A stretch of DNA of 64,000 bases from Escherichia coli (GTDB lineage Bacteria > Pseudomonadota > Gammaproteobacteria > Enterobacterales > Enterobacteriaceae), in the NCBI RefSeq assembly GCF_051903065.1, contig NZ_CP178438.1; one strand, 5' to 3'. Within the stretch, counting starts at the first letter, position 1. The number at the start of each line of letters is the position of its first letter. Of the stretch, positions 49,829 to 60,816 are shown piece after piece. Below the pieces are notes generated by a model. That model had not been told where the DNA came from and searched no databases. It was given only the letters and a program-made list of their open reading frames with translations. Position numbers and translations under genes: made by a program.

Positions 49829-49997
49829 GTAGACCGGATAAGACATTATCGCCTTCTCCGGCAATTGAAGCCTGATGCGACGCTTAACGCGTCTTATCAG
49901 GCCTACGGGAAGCACCGATGTAGGTCGGATAAGGCGCTCGCGCCGCATCCGACAAGCGATGCCAGATGCGACGCTTACACGTCTTATCAGGCCTACG
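49829..49997. repeat. BIME: four REP palindromes between sucB and sucC
   Basis: Four alternating REP units (gtagaccggataagac…, gcctgatgcgacgcttaacgcgtcttatcaggcctac, gtaggtcggataaggcgctcgcgccgcatccgac, gccagatgcgacgcttacacgtcttatcaggcctac). Confidence 0.75.
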
Positions 49998-50081
49998 GGT
50001 GACCGACAATACCCGGAAGCGATACGAAATATTCGGTCTACGGTTTAAAAGATAACGATTACTGAAGGATGGACAGAACAC

Positions 50082-51248
50082 ATGAACTTACATGAATATC
50101 AGGCAAAACAACTGTTTGCCCGCTATGGCTTACCAGCACCGGTGGGTTATGCCTGTACTACTCCGCGCGAAGCAGAAGAAGCCGCTTCAAAAATCGGTGC
50201 CGGTCCGTGGGTAGTGAAATGTCAGGTTCACGCTGGTGGCCGCGGTAAAGCGGGCGGTGTGAAAGTTGTAAACAGCAAAGAAGACATCCGTGCTTTTGCA
50301 GAAAACTGGCTGGGCAAGCGTCTGGTAACGTATCAAACAGATGCCAATGGCCAACCGGTTAACCAGATTCTGGTTGAAGCAGCGACCGATATCGCTAAAG
50401 AGCTGTATCTCGGTGCCGTTGTAGACCGTAGTTCCCGTCGCGTGGTCTTTATGGCCTCCACCGAAGGCGGCGTGGAAATCGAAAAAGTGGCGGAAGAAAC
50501 TCCGCACCTGATCCATAAAGTTGCGCTTGATCCGCTGACTGGCCCGATGCCGTATCAAGGACGCGAGCTGGCGTTCAAACTGGGTCTGGAAGGTAAACTG
50601 GTTCAGCAGTTCACCAAAATCTTCATGGGCCTGGCGACCATTTTCCTGGAGCGCGACCTGGCGTTGATCGAAATCAACCCGCTGGTCATCACCAAACAGG
50701 GCGATCTGATTTGCCTCGACGGCAAACTGGGCGCTGATGGCAACGCCCTGTTCCGCCAGCCTGATCTGCGCGAAATGCGTGACCAGTCGCAGGAAGATCC
50801 GCGTGAAGCACAGGCTGCACAGTGGGAACTGAACTACGTTGCGCTGGACGGTAACATCGGTTGTATGGTTAACGGCGCAGGTCTGGCGATGGGTACGATG
50901 GACATCGTTAAACTGCACGGCGGCGAACCAGCTAACTTCCTTGACGTTGGCGGCGGCGCAACCAAAGAACGTGTAACCGAAGCGTTCAAAATCATTCTCT
51001 CTGACGACAAAGTGAAAGCCGTTCTGGTTAACATCTTCGGCGGTATCGTTCGTTGCGACCTGATCGCTGACGGTATCATCGGCGCGGTAGCGGAAGTGGG
51101 TGTTAACGTACCGGTCGTGGTACGTCTGGAAGGTAACAACGCCGAACTCGGCGCGAAGAAACTGGCTGACAGCGGCCTGAATATTATTGCAGCAAAAGGT
51201 CTGACGGATGCAGCTCAGCAGGTTGTTGCCGCAGTGGAGGGGAAATAA
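50082..51248 (+). CDS. sucC: succinyl-CoA synthetase beta subunit
   Basis: 388-aa [21 protein letters not shown]… (ATP-grasp). Confidence 0.95.
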
Positions 51249-52117
51249 TGTCCATTTTAATTGATAAAAACACCAAGGTTATCTGCCAGGGCTTTACCGG
51301 TAGCCAGGGGACTTTCCACTCAGAACAGGCCATTGCATACGGCACTAAAATGGTTGGCGGCGTAACCCCAGGTAAAGGCGGTACTACCCACCTCGGCCTG
51401 CCGGTGTTCAACACCGTGCGTGAAGCTGTTGCTGCTACTGGCGCTACCGCTTCTGTTATCTACGTACCAGCACCGTTCTGCAAAGACTCCATTCTGGAAG
51501 CCATCGACGCAGGCATCAAACTGATTATCACCATCACTGAAGGCATCCCGACGCTGGATATGCTGACCGTGAAAGTGAAGCTGGATGAAGCAGGCGTTCG
51601 TATGATCGGCCCGAACTGCCCAGGCGTTATCACTCCGGGTGAATGCAAAATCGGTATCCAGCCTGGTCACATTCACAAACCGGGTAAAGTGGGTATCGTT
51701 TCCCGTTCCGGTACACTGACCTATGAAGCGGTTAAACAGACCACGGATTACGGTTTCGGTCAGTCGACCTGTGTCGGTATCGGCGGTGACCCGATCCCTG
51801 GCTCTAACTTTATCGACATTCTCGAAATGTTCGAAAAAGATCCGCAGACCGAAGCGATCGTGATGATCGGTGAGATCGGCGGTAGCGCTGAAGAAGAAGC
51901 GGCTGCGTACATCAAAGAGCACGTTACCAAGCCAGTTGTGGGCTACATCGCTGGTGTGACTGCGCCGAAAGGCAAACGTATGGGCCATGCGGGTGCCATC
52001 ATTGCCGGTGGGAAAGGGACTGCGGATGAGAAATTCGCTGCTCTGGAAGCCGCAGGCGTGAAAACCGTTCGCAGCCTGGCGGATATCGGTGAAGCACTGA
52101 AAACTGTTCTGAAATAA
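51248..52117 (+). CDS. sucD: succinyl-CoA synthetase alpha subunit
   Basis: 289-aa [31 protein letters not shown]… with the phosphohistidine region (…GHAGAII…). Confidence 0.95.
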
Positions 52118-52217
52118 ATATCTGTAATAAGAAATAGCCCTCGCCGCTTCCCTCTACAGGAATGGCGAAGGGCTGTCGGTTTCGACATGGTTGGCCATCG
52201 TATGATGGCCTTTTTTA
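52118..52217 (+). ncRNA. sdhX: probable SdhX (RybD) 3'-UTR-derived sRNA with its terminator
   Basis: About 100 nt after the sucD stop contains two hairpins, the second (ggccatcgtatgatggcc + TTTTTT, 52193-52216) being a canonical intrinsic terminator. Assignment as SdhX is from established knowledge of the sucD 3' UTR; I did not verify it by alignment. Confidence 0.45.
52193..52216 (+). terminator. sdhCDAB-sucABCD operon terminator
   Basis: Perfect 7-bp stem ggccatc/gatggcc with a 4-nt loop followed by TTTTTT. Confidence 0.8.
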
Positions 52218-52352
52218 TGTCTTAAACGGTTAACCACGGTCGAAATCTGACTGCAGGCTTGACTGCATGACCACAACCACTGTGGATTGCCGCGACCGGT
52301 GATGCTGCCAACTTACTGATTTAGTGTATGATGGTGTTTTTGAGGTGCTCCA

Positions 52353-52628
52353 GTGGCTTCTGTTTCTATCAGCTGTCCCTCCTGTTCAGCTACTGACGGG
52401 GTGGTGCGTAACGGCAAAAGCACCGCCGGACATCAGCGCTATCTCTGCTCTCACTGCCGTAAAACATGGCAACTGCAGTTCACTTACACCGCTTCTCAAC
52501 CCGGTACGCACCAGAAAATCATTGATATGGCCATGAATGGCGTTGGATGCCGGGCAACAGCCCGCATTATGGGCGTTGGCCTCAACACGATTTTACGTCA
52601 CTTAAAAAACTCAGGCCGCAGTCGGTAA
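52353..52628 (+). CDS. insA: IS1 InsA
   Basis: 91-aa [46 protein letters not shown]… (zinc-finger DNA-binding InsA). Confidence 0.95.
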
Positions 52629-53050
52629 CCTCGCGCATACAGCCGGGCAGTGACGTCATCGTCTGCGCGGAAATGGACGAACAGTGGGGCTATGTCGGGG
52701 CTAAATCGCGCCAGCGCTGGCTGTTTTACGCGTATGACAGGCTCCGGAAGACGGTTGTTGCGCACGTATTCGGTGAACGCACTATGGCGACGCTGGGGCG
52801 TCTTATGAGCCTGCTGTCACCCTTTGACGTGGTGATATGGATGACGGATGGCTGGCCGCTGTATGAATCCCGCCTGAAGGGAAAGCTGCACGTAATCAGC
52901 AAGCGATATACGCAGCGAATTGAGCGGCATAACCTGAATCTGAGGCAGCACCTGGCACGGCTGGGACGGAAGTCGCTGTCGTTCTCAAAATCGGTGGAGC
53001 TGCATGACAAAGTCATCGGGCATTATCTGAACATAAAACACTATCAATAA
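52547..53050 (+). CDS. insB: IS1 InsB' (expressed as InsAB' transposase by -1 frameshift)
   Basis: 167-aa ORF in the -1 frame relative to insA, overlapping its 3' end, as in IS1. Confidence 0.9.
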
Positions 53051-53560
53051 GTTGGAGTCATTACCGCCGCGACCGACCGCAAGCCACGAATAAGAACGAC
53101 GGCGAATTTCGAATCGTTACCTGATGCACTGGCTTCCCAGCGTTTGACCGTAGCGTTAAGTAAATCAACAAAAGCGATGTTCACCGCTTTTCGTCAAGTC
53201 GTGCCATTTGTCAGCCAGGATCGGGTCTTTACCCCGGATATTGCAGCATCGCAAAAATTCTTAGATGGATATGCTATAAATCAAAAATAAAATCTTTGTT
53301 GATTGTTTATCATAATATCCACAGATATGATAAATGATATCAATTTAATAATTTTCACTTAATGTGATTCCGGATAATTCGAAAGGCGCTGTGCTTTTCG
53401 GATTATTATTATCTGATTAAGATATTTGTCACGCCAGCCTTACTGGTTTATAAATGTCAATCATGATTCTTATAAATTATTTATTGCTGCTTTGGTTACC
53501 ATTACTTCGTAATAAGTAATGTATTTTTGATGGTTTAAACTATTTTTAAGGGACGGCATT

Positions 53561-54184
53561 ATGCGAGGGAAAATACCTAAAACGGAACTGCTGGTGACTT
53601 TTGAGGTCGTCGCACGTCATGAAAGTTATACCAGAGCGGCAGAGGAGTTAGCGTTAACCCAAAGTGCAGTATTCAGACAAGTAAGTGCGCTGGAGGAATT
53701 TTTACGTACTCCGTTATTTTCACACTCTAAAAAACGCATTTTTCTTAATGATACAGGGAAGTATTACCTGGGGATAGTAAAAGAAACATTAAATAAGCTG
53801 GAACGCGATACCAATACCATTATGACCTGGCAGCCTACGGTTCAGGTTATTGAACTTGCCGTTAATCCTACTTTTAGTACCCACTGGTTGATCCCAAATT
53901 TACATGAATTCACAAAGTTACATCCCGATATTATTGTTAATATTCATTCTTTAGCTAATAACGGCGATTTTCTTAATCGGGAGTACGATGCTGTCATTAT
54001 GCGCGAAAATTTTTGCGCGCCCTGGGCGGAAGTAGAATATCTCTTTGATGAGGAGATTTTGCCGGTATGCAGCGGCAGTTTGCTTGCAATGTCCGATCAA
54101 AAGCTGTCAGTGGCAGAACTGCTTACTGAGTTACCGCTTCTGCATCAAAGCACGGCTTTGTTGAATAAATCAGATTTCGGGTAA
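53561..54184 (+). pseudogene. LysR-family transcriptional regulator, 3'-truncated by the IS903-like element (native codons 1-197; the last codons are IS-derived)
   Basis: N-terminal LysR-type HTH (…LVTFEVVARHESYTRAAEELALTQSAVFRQVSALEEFL…); the reading frame runs into the IS903 inverted repeat at 54153 and terminates 32 nt inside it; AT-rich. Confidence 0.8.
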
Positions 54185-55210
54185 GTCTCCCCCGTAGCGG
54201 GTTGTGTTTTCAGGCAATACGCACGCTTTCAGGCATACCTGCTTTCGTCATTTTGTTCAGCGCTCGTACCAGGGCCATAGCCTCTGCAACCTGACCATCG
54301 TAGTCACGCAGTGTCAGTGAACCCCCGAACAGCTGTTTTACCCGGTACATCGCCGTTTCCGCTATCGAGCGACGGTTGTAATCTGTTGTCCATTTCCACC
54401 GCGCATTACTCCCGGTCATTCGCTGATTAGCCACTGCACGGTTACGGTCTGCATATTCACCGGGCCAGTAACCCGCACCTTTTCGGGGAGGGATAAGCGC
54501 GCTGATTTTCTTACGCCGCAGTTCATCGTGACATAGCCGGGTATCGTAAGCGCCATCGGCGGCGGCTGACCTGATTTTCCGGTGGGTTTGCCGGATTAAC
54601 CCGGGGAAGGCCTCTGAGTCCGTAACGTTGTTCAGCGACAGGTCAGCGCAGATGATTTCATGTGTTTTACTGTCAACGGCGAGATGCAGCTTACGCCAGA
54701 TACGGCGGCGTTCCTGGCCATGCTTTTTGACTTTCCACTCGCCTTCACCGAAGACCTTCAGCCCGGTGGAATCAATTACCAGGTGTGCGATTTCACCCCG
54801 GGTGGGCGTTTTGAAACTGACATTAACCGACTTTGCCCGCCTGCTGACACAGCTGTAATCCGGGCAGCGTAGCGGAACGTTCATCAGAGAAAAAATGGAA
54901 TCAATAAAGCCCTGCGCAGCGCGCAGGGTCAGCCTGAATACGCGTTTAATGACCAGCACAGTCGTGATGGCAAGGTCAGAATAGCGCTGAGGTCTGCCTC
55001 GTGAAGAAGGTGTTGCTGACTCATACCAGGCCTGAATAGCTTCATCATCCAGCCAGAAAGTTATGGAGCCACGGTTGATGAGGGCTTTATTGTAGGTGGG
55101 CCAGTTGGTGATTTTGAACTTTTGCTTTGCCACGGAACGGTCTGCGTTGTCGGGAAGATACGTGATCTGATCCTTCAACTCAGCAAAAGTTCGATTTATT
55201 CAACAAAGCC
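54153..55210 (-). mobile_element. IS903-like element (IS5 family, IS903 group), about 1058 bp, with 18-bp terminal inverted repeats and no flanking target duplication
   Basis: Ends ggctttgttgaataaatc (54153-54170) and gatttattcaacaaagcc (55193-55210); encodes the transposase below; flanking 9-mers tcaaagcac and atttatcag differ. Confidence 0.85.
54210..55178 (-). CDS. IS903-type transposase
   Basis: ORF …KQKFKITNWPTYNKALINRGSITFWLDDEAIQAWYESATPSSRGRPQRYSDLAITTVLVIKRVFRLTLRAAQGF… with DDE-type motifs (…VIDSTGLKV…, …AADGAYDTR…, …YNRRSIAETAMYRVKQLFG…); the track start is at 55178, and the true start may be an internal GTG. Confidence 0.85.
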   Translation of the reverse strand: MKDQITYLPDNADRSVAKQKFKITNWPTYNKALINRGSITFWLDDEAIQAWYESATPSSRGRPQRYSDLAITTVLVIKRVFRLTLRAAQGFIDSIFSLMNVPLRCPDYSCVSRRAKSVNVSFKTPTRGEIAHLVIDSTGLKVFGEGEWKVKKHGQERRRIWRKLHLAVDSKTHEIICADLSLNNVTDSEAFPGLIRQTHRKIRSAAADGAYDTRLCHDELRRKKISALIPPRKGAGYWPGEYADRNRAVANQRMTGSNARWKWTTDYNRRSIAETAMYRVKQLFGGSLTLRDYDGQVAEAMALVRALNKMTKAGMPESVRIA

Positions 55211-55581
55211 ATTTATCAGGCGAAAGTGGCCTCTGTTCACTCAGAAACAATCACTCCCGGTAAGTCATACCTGTTTCATCGATACATTTAAGTGATTATT
55301 ACTAATGAAACAATAACATAACGGGCTTACGGTCGGTGCTCATAAAGGCAACAATCAATTAACTTTGATAAAAATATGTTATGTAAAATAGCAACAAATT
55401 GGCTACTCTAATCAATTGGTATTATAAAAAGTTGATTGGGCGGTTCTGTTAAATAAAACACTGGTTTTTTATCTATACCTTTTCATTGTAATAATTGTGT
55501 TGCATAAATATTTCACAATAAATTAACAATAAAATCACCAATGATCTATGGTTTATACATAATTAACATATTTGGTTGGTT

Positions 55582-55595
55582 TTGATATAAATCAA
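55582..55595. promoter_or_regulatory. perfect FNR/CRP-family box TTGAT-ATAA-ATCAA in the cydAB upstream region
   Basis: Sequence ttgatataaatcaa matches the FNR consensus TTGAT-N4-ATCAA exactly, about 340 bp upstream of the cydA start; cydAB is known to be FNR/ArcA-regulated. Confidence 0.55.
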
Positions 55596-55932
55596 TTTTT
55601 AATTCTTGAAAAAAATCTGCAAAACACGATAAATTGTCGTAGATCAAATTGGTGAGATCGTGACAATTTCGCTATAAATTGATCACTGTCGAAAAATGCA
55701 AATTTGCTCAATAAAAACCTGTTTATTGTAAGGATTTTGCGGCGTAATATAATTACGGGATCAATTTGGTTTATTCATTAACATATTTGTAACTTTTTTA
55801 TCATTGTCTTTTCCTCTTTTGATGAAATGGCAACGATAGAGGCGAGCAAATAATTTTGTATTGGGGCATGCGTGTGACCCTTTCTAACGGGGTTCACTCT
55901 CGGAGTCTTCATGCGATGAGCAAGGAGTCATG

Positions 55933-57501
55933 ATGTTAGATATAGTCGAACTGTCGCGCTTACAGTTTGCCTTGACCGCGATGTACCACTTCCTTTTTGT
56001 GCCACTGACGCTCGGTATGGCGTTCCTGCTGGCCATTATGGAAACGGTCTACGTCCTTTCCGGCAAACAGATTTATAAAGATATGACCAAGTTCTGGGGC
56101 AAGTTGTTTGGTATTAACTTTGCTCTGGGTGTGGCTACCGGTCTGACCATGGAGTTCCAGTTCGGGACTAACTGGTCTTACTATTCCCACTATGTAGGGG
56201 ATATCTTCGGTGCGCCGCTGGCAATCGAAGGTCTGATGGCCTTCTTCCTCGAATCCACCTTTGTAGGTCTGTTCTTCTTCGGTTGGGATCGTCTGGGTAA
56301 AGTTCAGCATATGTGTGTCACCTGGCTGGTGGCGCTCGGTTCAAACCTGTCCGCACTGTGGATTCTGGTTGCGAACGGCTGGATGCAAAACCCAATCGCG
56401 TCCGATTTCAACTTTGAAACTATGCGTATGGAGATGGTGAGCTTCTCCGAGCTGGTGCTTAACCCGGTTGCTCAGGTGAAATTCGTTCACACTGTAGCGT
56501 CTGGTTATGTGACTGGCGCGATGTTCATCCTCGGTATCAGCGCATGGTATATGCTGAAAGGTCGTGACTTCGCCTTCGCTAAACGCTCCTTTGCTATCGC
56601 TGCCAGCTTCGGTATGGCTGCCGTTCTGTCTGTTATTGTTCTGGGTGATGAATCTGGTTACGAAATGGGCGACGTGCAGAAAACCAAACTGGCTGCTATT
56701 GAAGCTGAGTGGGAAACGCAACCTGCGCCTGCTGCCTTTACTCTGTTCGGCATTCCTGATCAGGAAGAGGAGACGAACAAATTTGCGATCCAGATCCCTT
56801 ACGCGCTGGGCATCATTGCAACGCGTTCCGTGGATACTCCAGTTATCGGCCTGAAAGAACTGATGGTGCAGCATGAAGAACGCATTCGTAACGGGATGAA
56901 GGCGTACTCTCTGCTCGAGCAACTGCGTTCTGGTTCTACCGACCAGGCGGTTCGTGACCAGTTCAATAGCATGAAGAAAGACCTCGGTTACGGTCTGCTG
57001 CTGAAACGCTATACGCCAAACGTGGCTGATGCGACTGAAGCTCAGATTCAACAGGCAACCAAAGACTCCATCCCGCGTGTAGCGCCGCTGTACTTTGCGT
57101 TCCGTATCATGGTGGCGTGTGGCTTCCTGCTGCTGGCAATCATCGCGCTCTCTTTCTGGAGTGTCATCCGCAACCGCATTGGCGAGAAAAAATGGCTCCT
57201 GCGCGCCGCGCTGTACGGTATTCCGCTGCCGTGGATTGCTGTAGAAGCGGGCTGGTTCGTGGCTGAATATGGCCGCCAACCGTGGGCTATCGGTGAAGTG
57301 CTGCCGACAGCTGTGGCGAACTCGTCACTGACCGCAGGCGATCTCATCTTCTCAATGGTGCTGATTTGCGGCCTGTATACCCTGTTCCTGGTGGCAGAAT
57401 TGTTCTTAATGTTCAAGTTTGCACGCCTCGGCCCAAGCAGCCTGAAAACCGGTCGCTATCACTTTGAGCAGTCTTCCACGACTACTCAGCCGGCACGCTA
57501 A
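55933..57501 (+). CDS. cydA: cytochrome bd-I ubiquinol oxidase subunit I
   Basis: Product [31 protein letters not shown]… (the track ORF has one additional upstream Met at 55930). Confidence 0.95.
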
Positions 57502-57516
57502 GACAGGAGTCGTCAA

Positions 57517-58656
57517 ATGATCGATTATGAAGTATTGCGTTTTATCTGGTGGCTGCTGGTTGGCGTTCTGCTGATTGGTTTTGCAGTCACTGACGGTTTC
57601 GACATGGGGGTGGGCATGCTCACCCGTTTTCTCGGTCGTAACGACACCGAGCGTCGAATTATGATTAACTCCATTGCTCCACACTGGGACGGTAACCAGG
57701 TTTGGCTGATCACCGCGGGCGGCGCACTCTTTGCTGCCTGGCCGATGGTCTATGCCGCTGCGTTCTCCGGCTTCTATGTGGCGATGATCCTCGTGCTGGC
57801 GTCTTTGTTCTTCCGTCCGGTCGGTTTTGACTACCGCTCCAAGATTGAAGAAACCCGCTGGCGTAACATGTGGGACTGGGGCATCTTCATTGGTAGCTTC
57901 GTTCCGCCGCTGGTAATTGGTGTAGCGTTCGGTAACCTGTTGCAGGGCGTACCGTTCAACGTTGATGAATATCTGCGTCTGTACTACACCGGTAACTTCT
58001 TCCAGTTGCTTAATCCGTTCGGCCTGCTGGCAGGCGTGGTGAGCGTAGGGATGATCATTACTCAGGGCGCAACCTATCTGCAAATGCGTACCGTGGGCGA
58101 ACTGCACCTGCGTACCCGTGCAACGGCTCAGGTGGCGGCACTGGTGACACTGGTCTGTTTCGCACTGGCTGGCGTATGGGTGATGTACGGTATCGATGGT
58201 TATGTCGTGAAATCGACAATGGACCATTACGCAGCCTCTAACCCGCTGAATAAAGAAGTGGTTCGTGAAGCTGGCGCATGGCTGGTTAACTTCAACAACA
58301 CGCCAATTCTGTGGGCTATTCCGGCACTGGGTGTGGTTCTGCCGCTGCTGACCATCCTGACTGCACGTATGGATAAAGCCGCGTGGGCGTTTGTGTTCTC
58401 CTCCCTGACGCTGGCCTGCATCATCCTGACAGCCGGTATCGCAATGTTCCCGTTTGTGATGCCGTCCAGCACCATGATGAACGCAAGTCTGACAATGTGG
58501 GATGCAACTTCCAGCCAGCTGACGCTTAACGTCATGACCTGGGTTGCGGTGGTTCTGGTACCGATCATTCTGCTCTACACCGCCTGGTGTTACTGGAAAA
58601 TGTTCGGTCGTATCACCAAAGAAGATATTGAACGTAACACCCACTCTCTGTACTAA
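57517..58656 (+). CDS. cydB: cytochrome bd-I ubiquinol oxidase subunit II
   Basis: 379-aa membrane ORF MIDYEVLRFIWWLLVGVLLIGFAVTDGFDMG…. Confidence 0.95.
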   Translation: MIDYEVLRFIWWLLVGVLLIGFAVTDGFDMGVGMLTRFLGRNDTERRIMINSIAPHWDGNQVWLITAGGALFAAWPMVYAAAFSGFYVAMILVLASLFFRPVGFDYRSKIEETRWRNMWDWGIFIGSFVPPLVIGVAFGNLLQGVPFNVDEYLRLYYTGNFFQLLNPFGLLAGVVSVGMIITQGATYLQMRTVGELHLRTRATAQVAALVTLVCFALAGVWVMYGIDGYVVKSTMDHYAASNPLNKEVVREAGAWLVNFNNTPILWAIPALGVVLPLLTILTARMDKAAWAFVFSSLTLACIILTAGIAMFPFVMPSSTMMNASLTMWDATSSQLTLNVMTWVAVVLVPIILLYTAWCYWKMFGRITKEDIERNTHSLY

Positions 58657-58670
58657 GTAAGGAGCTAAAA

Positions 58671-58784
58671 ATGTGGTATTTCGCATGGATTCTGGGAACG
58701 CTTCTTGCCTGTTCGTTTGGGGTAATCACCGCGCTGGCGCTTGAGCACGTCGAATCAGGCAAAGCCGGTCAAGAAGACATCTGA
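58671..58784 (+). CDS. cydX: cytochrome bd-I small subunit CydX
   Basis: 37-codon ORF MWYFAWILGTLLACSFGVITALALEHVESGKAGQEDI preceded by RBS ggag; below the six-frame track size cutoff. Confidence 0.8.
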   Translation: MWYFAWILGTLLACSFGVITALALEHVESGKAGQEDI

Positions 58785-59077
58785 TGAGTAAGATTATCGC
58801 AACCTTGTATGCGGTAATGGACAAGCGCCCCCTGCGGGCGCTTTCCTTCGTGATGGCGCTTCTGTTAGCAGGATGTATGTTTTGGGACCCATCACGTTTC
58901 GCCGCGAAGACCAGTGAACTGGAAATCTGGCATGGTTTATTGCTGATGTGGGCCGTCTGTGCTGGTGTGATTCACGGCGTGGGCTTTCGTCCGCAGAAGG
59001 TTCTTTGGCAAGGGATTTTTTGCCCATTGCTTGCCGATATTGTTCTCATTGTCGGGCTGATTTTCTTTTTCTTTTAA
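58784..59077 (+). CDS. ybgE: small membrane protein YbgE (cyd operon)
   Basis: 97-aa hydrophobic ORF whose ATG overlaps the cydX stop. Confidence 0.8.
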   Translation: MSKIIATLYAVMDKRPLRALSFVMALLLAGCMFWDPSRFAAKTSELEIWHGLLLMWAVCAGVIHGVGFRPQKVLWQGIFCPLLADIVLIVGLIFFFF

Positions 59078-59100
59078 ATCAGAATTCTCTTTAAAAAATT

Positions 59101-59129
59101 ATGGGCCGCGCCAGGCCCATAAATTTTTA
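59101..59129 (+). terminator. possible terminator after ybgE
   Basis: Hairpin atgggcc-gcgcca-ggcccat followed by aaattttta; weak T-tract. Confidence 0.35.
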
Positions 59130-59226
59130 CGCTCCCTTAACTTGCCCTCATTCCCAAACCTCAATCGCGCGCGTATAGTAGCAGCGTTTAAAAGCTCTAA
59201 CTTTTGTTGCATTACCGGGATGTAAA

Positions 59227-60320
<1,094 letters not shown>

Positions 60321-60323
60321 GCC

Positions 60324-60752
60324 ATGGCCAGAGCGCGTGGACGAGGTCGTCGCGATCTCAAGTCCGAAATCAACATTGTACCGTTGCTGGACGTACTGCT
60401 GGTGCTGTTGCTGATCTTTATGGCGACAGCGCCCATCATCACCCAGAGCGTGGAGGTCGATCTGCCAGACGCTACTGAATCACAGGCGGTGAGCAGTAAC
60501 GATAATCCGCCAGTGATTGTTGAAGTGTCTGGTATTGGTCAGTACACCGTAGTGGTTGAGAAAGATCGCCTTGAGCGTTTACCACCAGAGCAGGTGGTGG
60601 CGGAAGTGTCCAGCCGTTTCAAGGCCAACCCGAAAACGGTCTTTCTGATCGGTGGCGCAAAAGATGTGCCTTACGATGAAATAATTAAAGCACTGAACTT
60701 GTTACATAGTGCGGGTGTGAAATCGGTTGGTTTAATGACGCAGCCTATCTAA
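60324..60752 (+). CDS. tolR: Tol-Pal system protein TolR
   Basis: 142-aa ORF MARARGRGRRDLKSEINIVPLLDVLLVLLLIFM… (ExbD/TolR family). Confidence 0.95.
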   Translation: MARARGRGRRDLKSEINIVPLLDVLLVLLLIFMATAPIITQSVEVDLPDATESQAVSSNDNPPVIVEVSGIGQYTVVVEKDRLERLPPEQVVAEVSSRFKANPKTVFLIGGAKDVPYDEIIKALNLLHSAGVKSVGLMTQPI

Positions 60753-60816
60753 ACATCTGCGTTTCCCTTGCTTGAAAGAGAGCGGGTAACAGGCGAACAG
60801 TTTTTGGAAACCGAGA

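Larger units (their letters stand above)
52299..53065 (+). mobile_element. IS1 insertion sequence (insA plus insB') flanked by a 9-bp target-site duplication GCCGCGACC
   Basis: Terminal inverted repeats ggtgatgctgccaacttactgat (left) and …atcaataagttggagtcattacc (right); internal insA/insB ORFs; identical 9-mers gccgcgacc at 52290-52298 and 53066-53074. Confidence 0.95.

Noticed and set aside
57406-58686. 426-aa minus-strand ORF antisense to cydB
   Set aside because: His/Cys/Gln-rich low-complexity translation opposite a conserved membrane protein gene; an artefact.
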